From assembly GCF_009914755.1 (NCBI RefSeq), contig NC_060936.1: DNA of 64,000 nt; one strand, written 5' to 3'. Each line of letters opens with the position of its first letter. Position 1 is the first letter of the stretch. The notes beneath the pieces were generated by a model that was not told the DNA's origin, did not search any database, and saw only the letters and a list, made by a program, of their open reading frames with translations. This DNA is from the human T2T-CHM13v2.0 reference genome, Homo sapiens. Both the position numbers and the translations under genes were made by a program. Shown here piece after piece: positions 11,797-28,569 of the stretch.

Positions 11797-14214
11797 ACAG
11801 AGTTTCTCTTTGTCCCCAGGCTTGAGTGCAGTGACACAATCTCAGCTCACTGCGACCTCCTCCACCTCCAGGGTTCAAGCAATTCTCGTGTCTCAACCTC
11901 CTGAGTAGCTGGGACTACAGGCATGCACCACCACACCCGGCTGATTATTTTGTATTTTAATAGAAATGGGGTTTCACTATGTTGTCCAAGCTGGTCTGGA
12001 ACTCCTGAACTCAGGCAATTCACCAATCTCTGCCTTCCAAAGTGCTGGGATTACAGGCATGAGCCACCACATCCGGCCCTGGATTTTACATAGAATTTAA
12101 AGAGCTCATGATCCCCTTGAAGTTCTTTCATCATCTTCCCATACAAGAAGCCTAGTTAAGAATATCTGAGTTAGAGGTTCTGTACGGTCTTTCAATCAGG
12201 GTGTAAGAAATGGACAGGATCTCAGAGTTCAATGAATATAATCCTTATAAATTCATATCTTACAGATTCAGTCAATGAGGCCCAGAGAGTTTTCATGGCT
12301 GACTCATAGCATAGCTGGTGGAGACCTATATCTTGGTTTTCTGAATCCCAGTTCTCACACAGTGTTGTGTTAATATACTGTGTTTAAAAGAAATGTAAAG
12401 AAGGAGAGAGGACTGTGAAGAGACTGGCTGGGGGCAAAAAAAGCAATAGTTATTCATAGGATGTATAGATTGGCTATTACTCAGCTTCTTTTTTGTGTTC
12501 AGCATAGATTAGTTTTCTAGCTTCAGCTGAAAAAGACCAAGCCTGAAGCTCCCTTCTAGCTCCTTACTTTGGATCTGTGACTAAATCCTGATGGATTATC
12601 TGAGCAAGATCTGTGGAGAGGCAGATAGTGGGGACTGGGCACATCATGAGTTCTAAATGGCTGATGTCATTAAAAAAAGCCATAAGCAAGAAAGAATCTA
12701 CTGTTTCCAAGAAGTGGGGGGAAAAGTTTCCAAGGAGAAAGTATGAGTCTTAAAGAAGGAGGGTAAGGGTTATGTAGCAAAGAAGAGGTTATTGGGTGGT
12801 CCCTGTAGGGTGGGGGTGGGAGAGGGGTGCAGAGCAGGGCAGGGTGTGAGTGAGGCATGCTCAGAGATCACTTTTGTTTTTGTTTTTTGACCAATGAAAT
12901 GTTCAATATTTTTAGTTTAAAAATTGTTAAATTTTACTTTTTTGATCAGTGAAATGAGAGATGGTTTTGGGGATGCCTGGGAGCCATCTAAGAAGTTTAT
13001 TAAGCTGGAAATTATCAAAGTAAGATTTGCATTTTAGATAGATGCTTTCACATGGAAGATAAATCTAAGATTTTTTTTTAAAAAAGTGTTAGAGTGCAGT
13101 TGTCCAGATTATGAATCATTCATTCATTGATCCAACTTTATGAAGCTTATAATATAAGCCAGGCACTGATCTAGACAAGAAAAGATAGTCTAAAGCAGCA
13201 CAGTGACAATGGAGGTGGAGTTATATAACCAATAATACATACTTAGGAGACAGATTTGAGAAATACTTAGGAGTAAAAAATCAGTAGGACCTCATGACTA
13301 ATGAGGGCAGTGGGAAGTAGAATGAAAAGAGTAAGGATATTGACAGATGCTTGAAACGAATATGTCCAATATCTTAGAATTATATAATAAATTTAAAGGA
13401 ATTTTCTGTCAGGAGTCCCAGAAAGATTAAAACCCAAATGCTAATACATAAAGATCAAAACAGCCTTCATTTGCAACATCTTTGAATAAGGAGACTACTT
13501 TGGACTCTGTTATTTCTCCAAGGCAAGAGATACAGACCTGCCCAACAGAAGTAATTATATCATCTACCAAATTGTAGGTTTAACTGAGAGAGGTTGAAAT
13601 AAAAAGTAAAGAAGTCTTGCTGGGCCTCTCTCAACAGCCTCATGGTAAGACATTCCTACCAGAATTCAAATTTTGTCAAAATGGGGTTGCTTTCATGTAA
13701 TTTTGGAATAAGCTTTTAAAAACTGAGAGCAGCAAGAACAGCAAGTGAACACAGATGAGCTGGGGAGCAGAGTGAATTGGGTGAAGTTTATAAGAATAAA
13801 AAAGAAGAGAGGATTTTACTAATGCTACTTTCAAAGGCAAAAGACCTAGTTAAAGTACTTATTTTTGCTTTCTTAATTCCTTATCTACTACTACAAATAA
13901 AGAGCAGCAAAATTAAAAGAAAAAAAAAGCTATGTGCTGTAAATGCCTTTAAAGACACTTCCTTAGTAGTTCACTGTGTTGTATACATCATAATGTGCTG
14001 CTTGGCAGGCTGCCTAGCTCACCTTCTAATCTCACAGCTCTGTGAGATGAAAAGTGAAATGTAATATTTACAATCCTGGGAATGAACTAATCCCTGGAAA
14101 AATAGAAGGATTTGATTTTCTCTTCTGCTCACGTTTAGCTGGCTTAGTACTTAAGCAGGGTACCAGGGATCTGTTTCTACTTGTTGCCACAGAGCAGGGA
14201 AGCTAAATGTGTGA

Positions 14215-15580
<1,366 letters not shown>

Positions 15581-15944
15581 ATTTTCTTTTCTTTTCTTTC
15601 CTTTTTCTTTTTTTTTTAAGTTGGTAAGAAAAATTGCTCGAAGATGCCCTAAACTAACTCCTAACATCCAAACACAGCCTGACAGTGTAGCTGCAAACTT
15701 TACTCTTGATCCATGGGTAAAAGTAGCTCTCGGCTTTGCAGAAGCCTTCTCTTGGTGCCGCCTGCCATGGGACAGAAAAGAAGCACCTGTGAGCAAGAGC
15801 CATGCACTCAATATACCACTGCTGACTCCTAAGTGCCCAGAATTTCATCTAGAGAAGTACCTTTAGAAGTTAGGTGATGAATTCTATTCATTTATTAAAA
15901 TATATATACATATAAAATATTATATATTATATTATATATTTATA

Positions 15945-16873
<929 letters not shown>

Positions 16874-17734
16874 CCCCAATACCCAAAATTGCCAAAAGGA
16901 AGAAGGCAGAAGCAAAACAGGTGCTCACGGCTGCCAGAGATTTGTGGGCCCTGCTTGGAGTAGAGGTCTAAATGCCGGCTCTGCATTGAAGACATGAGGG
17001 AATTTCTTTGTCTTGCTCTTGCTCCGGCTCCCTGTAACTGCATACCATAGTATCTCTTTCCTTTTTGGGTGATAATGCCCCATCCATAATCAGGTTACTA
17101 ACAAAATGGAGGACAGGACTTCACTCCTCCCCAAACGCCTACGGGGAAAGGTCCCCTTTTACTGAGCACCATGGCTACAATTTTAACTGTTACTACAAAA
17201 TAAAAGTTGCTACATTGTCATAATGATGGGTTTTTCCTATTACCTGAAAAATTATTAACCGAGTGTCTGTAGCCAGGGAGAAAAACACCTTTAAAGTTTA
17301 GATATGCATCAGTATTTCCCTCAAGAATAGCACAGGTTAAAGCTTTCATAAAAGGAAAATAAAAATAAGGAGTTGAAAAACATAGAAGTATAAATTAACA
17401 GCCACAAAAAGGGGAAGTTAGAGAGAGACTATGAAAACATCTTTGTCTTGTGGAAAGATACAATCTGAGAAGCAACTCTGCAGGACTTGGCTGAAAGTCA
17501 ACGGGAGGCTGATCATATGAAGTGGTAGAAGCCGCGTAATTTGTCACATCAAGCATCTGTGACAAACCCACATAGAATCCAAGGAATGTAGGTGATCTGA
17601 CAAAAGCCCTCACGTTTAAAATTTGCCCTAAGTTTCCACAAATCCACCAAAAATTTCCCCGCATGGGCCACGTTTTCAGATACAGTTTAGCTATCTGTTC
17701 TTGTGACACTAGTTGCATTTGAAGAGTTCTTGGG

Positions 17735-19242
<1,508 letters not shown>

Positions 19243-19330
19243 GAGAGTTCTCTTTTCTTTGGGTAGGGCAAGGCAAACTGGAATGGATTCACCGGAGAGC
19301 TGTGCGCATGCCCTGGAAAGCATTCTGGTT
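19243..19330 (+). pseudogene. 28S rRNA pseudogene, internal fragment
   Basis: 'gagagttctcttttctttg...ctggaatggattcacc...gccctggaaagc' matches recalled mid-28S GAGAGTTCTCTTTTCTTTGTGAAGGGCAGGGCGCCCTGGAATGGGTTCGCC. Confidence 0.8.
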
Positions 19331-19797
19331 AGACCCATGTGAGACAGGTTAGTTTTATTGTGTGTTCCTCATGTGTTGCTGCCATGGTCATCCTGCTCAG
19401 TAGAAGAGGAACAACAGGTTCAGACATTTGGCCTATGTCCTTGGCTGAGGAGCCAATGGGGTAAAGCTACCATATGTAGGATTATGACTGAACGACTCTA
19501 AGTCAGAATCCCGCCCAGGAGGGATATGGCAGCTCCACGGACCTTTTGTTGGCCTCGGATAGGCGATCCTCGCCGTGCGCCGGGAACCGGGGTCTGGTGC
19601 AGACAGCCCTTCATCCTGGGAAACGCGCTGCTGCCAGAAAGGCGGTCACTCCCTGACCCATCACGTAATGTGTTTGTGGGGAACCTGATGCTAAGCTATT
19701 CGTAGACGCCCTGCTTCTGGGTCAGGGTTTTCTATGGAGCAGAGCAGCTCCCTCCCTGCCATCTATTGAAAATCAGATCTCCACACAAGGGTCTCTC
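19327..19797 (+). pseudogene. 28S rRNA pseudogene, 3'-terminal ~470 nt
   Basis: 'gtgagacaggttagtttt', decayed sarcin-ricin loop 'ctcagtagaagaggaac' (AGTACGAGAGGAAC in rRNA), 'ggattatgactgaacg', and 3' end 'atctattgaaa...acacaaggg'. Confidence 0.95.
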
Positions 19798-20332
19798 CAC
19801 CCGTGTGTGGGGGACCTGGTGATATGGCGTGTCCTTGTGTAATTCAACCTTTGACGTGTACTTTTCTTCCTCCCTCCTGTTGCCCCTGGGGACCTCGTTC
19901 CCTGGCCCGCTCATGCCCACCCGCCCCGGAGCTCCGGAACACACAGCGGGTGTCTCTCGCCAGAGCCCATCAGCGCCCGCTGTGCATTTGGGAGGCGCCC
20001 GTCCCCACCGGCGGGCTTTCCAAGATGCCACGCGGGGGATTGCCGAGGTAGGGGTGGCGCACCTGCTCGTAGTTCCACCTCTCCGATTCCACCTCCTCCC
20101 CACACCCCTCTGGGAACTCCTCCAGGGGCTGGGATCGGATTCATTGAGCCTGTTGAGAATGGCTGAGGCGTGGGTGTCGGAGGGTGTGCCCCTGAGGTTT
20201 CTGTCCCAGTAATGTTCACGCATGCCCGGTGGTGGCCTTTGGGGTCACTGCCCCTCTCCCCGCCCCAGGTGCGCGGGGCTGGGATATGAGCCAGTCACTG
20301 CCTTTGTGCCTTTCCTTCTCTCTCCGCTGCCG

Positions 20333-20343
20333 GGTTCAACCAG
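20333..20343 (+). terminator. Degenerate Sal box (TTF1 site) downstream of 28S
   Basis: GGTTCAACCAG, 9/11 match to GGGTCGACCAG, preceded by a pyrimidine tract ~540 nt after the 28S end. Confidence 0.5.
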
Positions 20344-23300
20344 CGGACAGTGGGGGAACGGCGGGCAGGTCGGTGGAGTTAGATGACAGTAAAGGTGGGC
20401 CGGCTCTGTGTGATAAGATTCCAACTGGGTCCGACCGCTTCCGTCCGCTGGCGCCGGGTCCCCCAGACGTCTGCGGCGAGCGTTGGAACTGACCATCAAC
20501 CTGGGATTTCTAAGGAATAACAGATAACTCTGGTCAGCAGCACTACCACTTTTGTCCACTAGATGTCGCTCCTTCACTACGTTGTTTCTTCCTCTCCAAT
20601 TGTTTCCACAGTATTTTCAGTTGCTCTTCATTTTGTTTTTATTTTTCCTTTTACTTTTCTTACTCCTCTTTCTACACACTGAAGTTGCTGTTGTTTTACG
20701 TTTACTTCCTTTTTTTTTTTGAGAAAAGTTGGCGTGTGAGAATGCGATCTCGGCTCATCGCAGCCTGGACCTTCCTGGGCTCCGTCAGGTGATCTTGCCA
20801 TCTCAGTCTTCCAAGTGGCTGAGACTGCAGGAATAGCTTGATTCTGGGATGTCGAAGCTGCAGTGAGCCATGATCACGCCACTGCCCTCCAGCCTGAGTG
20901 ACAGAGAAAGACCCTGTTTCAGAAAGTAAGAGAGACAGGTTAAAGAAATAACTCCTTGAAATTACTACAATTAATTGTGATCTAAATTACTTGTTATATT
21001 TTTCACTCCCACTAGTTTATTATTATTGTTGTTGTTATTATTTATTTGTATTATTGTTTGTTATAATTGTTATTGTTTTTATTATTTAGTTATTTAGAGA
21101 TGGAGTCTTGGTCTATCACCCAGACTGCAGTGCAGTGGCACGACCTTGGCTCACTGTAGCCTCATATTCCCGGGTTCAAGTTCGAGACCAACCTGGGCAA
21201 TATGGCATAACAACCGTGTCTACTAAAATCTATCACTGATACTCCCAGGGCCGTTGGATATGGCAGGTGCAAGTTCGGAGGCTGAGGCAGGCGGTTCGCT
21301 AAAGTTTGGGAGTTCGAGATGAGCCTGGGCAACAGGCTGCAGTGCATTTGCCTGACCAAGGCCCACCACAGCCTCTACCTCCCCAGCCCAAATGATGCTC
21401 CCACCTCAGGCTCCAAAGGAGCTGAAACTACAGGCGCCTGCCATCACGCCCGGCTAACTTTTTAATTTTTTCTTTTTGAAAGTAGAGACGTGGTCTCACT
21501 GTGTTGCCAGGGCTGGTCTCAAACTGCTGGGCTCAAGTGATTCTTCCACCTCAACCTCCCAAAGTGTTGGGATTATAGGTGTGAACCATGATGCGCTTCC
21601 CTCTTTTTCATTTCCTTTATTTTTCCTTTTTTCTTCCTCTTTCTTTCTTTTTCTTTCTTTCTTTTCTTTTTCTTTCTTCTCTCTCTCTTTTTCTTCCTCC
21701 CTTCTATCATTTCTCATTCTCTTTTTCTGTTTCTCTTTCTATTTTCTTCGTTATCTTTCTTCCCTTTACATCTCTGTCTCTTTTTCTTTACATTTTTTTT
21801 TAATCTTTTTTGCTGTCTGTCTTTTCTCAATTCGTTTCCTCCCATCCCTCCAACTGTCTGTCTTCGTGTGGATTCTGGAAGAGTCTCCTCATTCTGTATC
21901 CCCTGTGTATCACAAGCCTCTGAGACTTTTGCTTTGTTCTTTTCTCCTTGTTGCATAAAAGGCATTCACTCTTCTTTTATTTTGGTACTCTGTGGACGGT
22001 CGAGGGCTGGAAAGAAAAAAAACGGACCATGAATTTAATTGGTTTCACAAGAGACATGGGAGACCAAAGAACACACGATGAGTACTTTGCTAAATATCCT
22101 GTTTATTCTCCCAACCAGGCTCATAAAAGTACAGATGCATCCGGTGGGTTGAGAGATCTCTGTGTAGTCGTGACCCTGCAATTATACTTGACAGGAGCGG
22201 TGATGACAGACGGGTGGCACAGAAACCTGCCCTTCTTTGGTACCAATTGAGCATGGTGACAACATATTCAAAATGGCCCATGTCTCAACTTGATGGTCCT
22301 GTTTTTCTGCTCTGTTCTTTAGGAATGAGTGGAGCCTTCCCGTGCTCCGCCATTTCCTTGCATTTTTCTTTTTACATACATTCATTCACTTATTTATTTA
22401 TTAATTTATTTTAAATAGAGTCTCATTCTGTAGCCCAGGCTGTGGCGTGGTATCGGCTGGCTGCAATCTCTGCCTCCCTGGTTCCAGCGATTCTCCTGCC
22501 TCAGCCTCCCAAGTAGCTGGGATTACAGGCGTATGCCACCCTACTCAGCTAACTTTTGTTTTTTTAGTAGAGACAGAGTTTCACCATGTTGCCCAGGCTG
22601 GTGTTGAACTCCTGACCTTCAGGGATCTGTCTGCCCCAGCCCCCCAAAGTGCTGGGATAACAGGCGTGAGTCACTGCACCCGGCCTAAATTGCAATTTTT
22701 CAAAATAAATGTGTTTTTTGTTGTTGTTGTTGTTGTTGTTTAATAAATAGAGCATCACCTAGTAACCACTGTTATTGAAAGTCGAGGTGGCACTGAGGGA
22801 GGCCTGTCCAACTTCACAGAGCCTGGGACAACCACTTTCTCTATTTCCCCTCTGGAGGCCCCTCCCTCTCTCCTTCGCTGCCTAGGGAACCTCCATCCTG
22901 TCAGGGACCCTGTTGTTCTTTTATCCTCCTGTGTAAATGGTGTCTCGTTCAGTTGCCGAGGCGGTGGCATTGTCTCAGCTGGCTGCACTCTCTGCCTCCC
23001 TGGTTCAAGCAATTCTGCTGCCTCAGCCTCCCTATCAGCAGAAATTACCGGCACGTGCCACCCTATCTAGCTAACTTTTGTCTTTTTTAGTAGAGACAAG
23101 GCTTCACCATGTTGGCCAGGCTGATCTCCCAATCCTGATTTCGTGATCTTCCAGCCTCGGCCTCCCGAAGTGCTGGGATGACAGTCATGAGCCACTGTGC
23201 CAGGCCACCATCATTGGTTTTAACTGGGAATTCTAGATTTGAAGCACACATCATTCTATGCCACAGAATGACTTCTTTATCCTGCTGACTCAAGAAGCTG

Positions 23301-25481
23301 GGCCCCTTGTGATTCATTTCAAACCAAGAGTCACCTCATGTTTGGAAAACAGATCTGCTCCCAAGTTCAGTGGAGAGATGTGGCATGTAGGACAAGGGAC
23401 TGTTCCTTCTGATTTAGTCTCCACGGTGGGGTTTAGGGCTGGAGCTCAGTGCAGATTGTTGACTCCCTATACCTTGGGTTCCATTGTCCCCACCCTGGAA
23501 CATGGGCCTTTGCAGATCCCGGCCCTTCCTGGCCCTTAAGGCACTGTCAGAAACACCATCACGAGCTTGGATACCCCGAATGACTGTGGCTCACTCCTCT
23601 CTGGAAACATTTGAAATCTGTCCTCTACGCGTGGCCACCTAAAACCACAGGAGTGTGGGATACTTGGCCGCCATCCACCTCACTGCTTTCGGGAGAGAAT
23701 GCTGAAAGTCTCTTGCTGACTCTCTTGACTCGAGTTCTTCAAGGGCATGTGGTCAGGACATAGTGAGACCAGATGTATTAAGTCAGGCTGGGTGTGGTGG
23801 CTTACACCTGCAACCCCAACACTTTGGGAGGCCAAGGCGGTAGGATCGCTTGAGCCTGGGAGCTCAAGACCAGCCTTGGACAACACGGCCAAAACCTGAG
23901 GTGCATGCCTGTGGTCTCAGCTACTCAGGAGGCTAAAGTGGGAGAATCACCTAACCCTGGGGTGGTTGAGGCTGCAGTGAGCCGTGATGGTGTCACTGCA
24001 CTCCAGCCTGGGTGACAGACAGAGTGATACCCTGTAGCAAACAGACAGACAGACAAGAGCTATATTATGTCCTTCTCAGGGTAGGAAGCAAAAGTAACAG
24101 AATATGGTATTTAAGATTTTTTTAAATTTTAAATTTCAATCTATTTATTTATTAATTTTGACTCCATATTATGAAACCAGCTAATTTTTGTATTTTTGTA
24201 GAGACGAGGCTTCACCATGTTGCCAAGTATGGTCTTGATTGCCTGGGATCAAGGAATCCACCCGCCCTCAGGCTCCCAATGTTCGAGAATTAAAGGCGTG
24301 AGCCACTGCTCCTGACAGCATTGTTTTTTGTTTGTTTGTTTGTTTGTTTCTTTTTTTAATCTCTTGTCTTTCCAGGAGTTTCACGGCAGAGTGTTTGGCT
24401 GGCTTGTTTAAATTCATTCTAAATAGGAACTGAGGATATCAGCTTCTGGCCTCATGGACTCAGAGCTGATGAGTCCCAAAAACTCATAAAGTTTAAAATA
24501 AATAATTTTGTTGTACAGAAATACACGGATGCACCCAAAACACAGAAACAATTCTTTTAAAAGTTGTCTTAGTCCTGGTGGGTGTGCCAGTGATTCTTTT
24601 AGGTTTGGAGCTTGACTGAGAGAATTTCCAGTCGGTCTCTGGATGGAAGTTCCAGATGATCCGATGGGTGGGGACTTAGACTGTGTCCCCCCAGGGGCCC
24701 TGGTCTATTAGTTGTGGGGACTGCCTGGGAGAGCGTGGTGACCCACTGTACTGTGGGAGCCTCTACCCTTCCCCTCCCTTCTCCCCCTCCGGGTGATGCC
24801 AATTCATTCCAGGCTGAAACTCTCATTGGCAGACTTTGGGCATCACCTAGTGGCCACTGTTACTCTGAAAACTGAGGCCTCAAGGAAGAAGAAAGCTCAT
24901 GGTGCCTGTACACAGCCCAGGGCAACTGTGTCGTCTCCACTTCTCCTGCCGCCACCTCCAAGTTTCTCCCTCCCTTGTTTCCTAGGGAATCACCACCCTG
25001 ATGACTGGGTCTGATTCTTCTTTGATCAGTTAAAAAAATAAATAAATATGCCGGGAGTGGTGGCTCACACCTGTAATCCCAGCACTTTGGGAGGCAGAGG
25101 CGGGCAGATCACGAGGTCAGGAGTTCAAGTCCAGCCTGGCCAGTATGGTGAAAACGTATCTCTACTAAACATACAAAAAACTAGCCATGCATGGTGGTGC
25201 ACACCTGTAATCCCAGCTACTCAGGAGGCTGAGGCAGGAGAATTGCTTGAACCCAGTAGGTTAAGGTTGCAGTGAGCCAAGATAGTACCACTGCACTCCA
25301 ACCTGGGCAACAGAGTGAGACTCAGTCTCAAAAAAAAAAAAAAAAAGGGGGGGGGGGGAAGAGGCCAGGCGTAGTGGCTCACACCTGTAATCCTAGCACT
25401 TATGGAGGCTGATGTGGGCAAATCACCTGAGGTTGGGATTTCGAGACCAGCCTGACCAACACGGAGAAACTGTCTCTACTA

Positions 25482-25808
<327 letters not shown>

Positions 25809-25870
25809 TTACAGGTGTGAGCCACTGCACCCAGCTATGTGTACTTTCTATGTGTACTTTCTTTTTTTAA

Positions 25871-26032
<162 letters not shown>

Positions 26033-26136
26033 TGACTAATTTTTGTATTTTTAGTAGAGACAGGGTTTCGCTGTGGTCGCCAGGCTGGTCTCAAACTCCT
26101 GACCTCAAGTGATCCACCCGTCTCAGCCTCTCAAAG

Positions 26137-26721
26137 TGTGAGAAAGAATTTCTGGGTGCTAGATGAGTTGGTCTCTCCTTTGTGAGACACCCATGAGGAG
26201 TCATGGGCGGCCTCTGAGGAGAAAAGTCTCCTTATTGCCTTCATGTCTTTATGCCCTGAGAGCATAACAGCTCAGAGGCATTCCACAGGTTGTTAAGGGA
26301 GATACCACACTCCCTTGAAGCAGTGGAATATAATCGAACATGTTGGCTCCTCCTGAAATCCACTCCCATCCATTTCAGTCCCGATAAGTTAAATATCTTA
26401 AGTAGTTTAGACACACACCTTTGCTCAAGGAAATTCACAAAAACCGCCACTCCTACACATCTTATTGCATGACTCACGAGTTCTCTTTCACTGATTAATC
26501 CTTTTCCTCATCCCTTTCTACCCCTCCCATCTGCCCTAAGAACAAACAGCTTGTAAGCCAATGAATTCAGTGGAGCCCGAGAGCTCTGGGCCGTGAGCAA
26601 GCCTCCGATGCTCCTGTCCCCTGGACCCGCCACTTTAACACTTATTTTGTCTCTTTCCAACTCCTTTGTCTCTGCCGGACTCGGGGTACCCACTGGCTGG
26701 TGCAAGGCTGGTTTCCCCACA
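26137..26721 (+). mobile_element. Solo HERV-K LTR (LTR14B-like) inserted in an antisense Alu
   Basis: TG...CA ends, ~585 bp, TSD CAAAG (26132-26136/26722-26726) interrupting Alu 'caaagtgctg'. Family from recall. Confidence 0.75.
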
Positions 26722-27486
26722 CAAAGTGCTGAGGTTACACGCATGAGCCACTGCGCCCAGCTATGTGTAATTTCATAACTCAGCTCATTTCTTGACTGGG
26801 TACCATGGGCATTTGGGCCACTTTCTCATGGAACTTACTTGTGCTTCAGGATCTGTTCAGACCCAATCAGGTCCACAGCACTTCCGTGTCATGCTGGAGT
26901 GCTGCTGTGCACACCCACTTATGCCCAGTGTGTGATGAGTGGCTCAGCTCACATGGTAACTTCGTGGCCCCACGGTTGGGCATTTGGTTTCTACTAACAG
27001 CCAGAGGCTAGCTGAGAGAGCCTGTCGCTCAAAAGAAGAATGGTTATCTGCAGATAATGGCAGGGCCTTGCTCCGAAATCCTCAAGACCTCCTCTGTGAT
27101 TTGGAATAGCCTATGTCTCAAATGGATGGTCCTGTTTTTCTGCTCTGGTCTTCAGGAACAAGTGGAACCTTCCCATGCTCTGCCACCTCCTTGCATCTTT
27201 TTATATTCATCTATTCATTTATTCATGTATTTTTTAGAGACGGGGTCTTCCTGTGTCGCTGAGGCTGGAGTGCAGTGGTAGGATCATAGCTGGCTGCAAC
27301 CTTGAACTGCTGGGCTCAAAGCGATCTTCCTCCGCCTCAGCCTCCCAAGTAGCTGGGCCTACAGGCAAGGGTGTGAGCCACAAAACAGCACAACGCCTGG
27401 CTAATTATCTTCATTATTATTATTATTGTTTTCTTGCTTCTTTTCTGAGACAAAGTCTCCCTCTGTCACCTGGGCTGGAGTGTAAT

Positions 27487-27917
<431 letters not shown>

Positions 27918-28056
27918 TGACCAGGCTGGTTTGGAACTCTTGACCTCAGGTGGTCTGCCCACCTTGGCCTCCCAAAGTGCTGGGGTGATGGGTGTGGGCC
28001 ACCACTCCCAGCCACTTCTTTTGTTACTAGAAATGGGCTCTCTCACTATCATAGTA

Positions 28057-28569
28057 TGTTGGAACCTAGCCCCCCCAAATCTGGCCATAAACAGTCCCCA
28101 AAACTGGCCATAAACAAAATCTCTGCAGCATTGTGACATGTATGTAATGGCCCTATTGCCCAAGCTGGAAGGTTGTGGGTTTACGTGAATGAGGGCAATG
28201 AACACCTGGCCCACCCAGGGCAGAAAACCGCTTAAAGGCAATCTTAAGCCACAAACAATAGCATGAGCAATCTGTGTCTTAAGGGCGTGTTCCTGCTGCA
28301 GTTAAGTAGCCCAACCTATTCATTTAATTTGGCCCATCCCTTTGTTTCCCATAAGGGATACTTTTACTTAATTTAATATCTATAGAAACAATGCTAATGA
28401 CTGGTTTGCTGTTAATAAATATGTGGGTAAATCTCTGTTCGGAGCTCTTAGCTCTGAAGGCTGTGAGACCCCTGATTTCCCACTTCATACCTCTATATTT
28501 CTGTGTGTGTGTCTTTAATTCCTGTAGCGCCACTGGGTTAGGGTCTCCCCAGCCGAGCTGGTCTCGGCA
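28057..28569 (+). mobile_element. Solo MER9 LTR (HERV-K9/HML-3)
   Basis: TGTTGG...CTGGTCTCGGCA, repeated 'ctggccataaac', AATAAA; perfect 6-bp TSD ATAGTA (28051-28056/28570-28575). Confidence 0.9.

Larger units (their letters stand above)
4468..12080 (-). mobile_element. Antisense Alu split by the provirus (tail 4468-4512, body 11797-12080)
   Basis: T-rich tail before the 5' LTR; Alu body resumes after the 3' LTR; Alu TSD GGATTTTACATAGAATT at 4451-4467 and 12082-12098. Confidence 0.92.

Noticed and set aside
14151-14202. Possible fifth exon giving MDQDFPALWQQVE, reminiscent of the REC114 C-terminus
   Set aside because: Short match, acceptor abuts an L1, and the upstream candidate exons do not resemble REC114.
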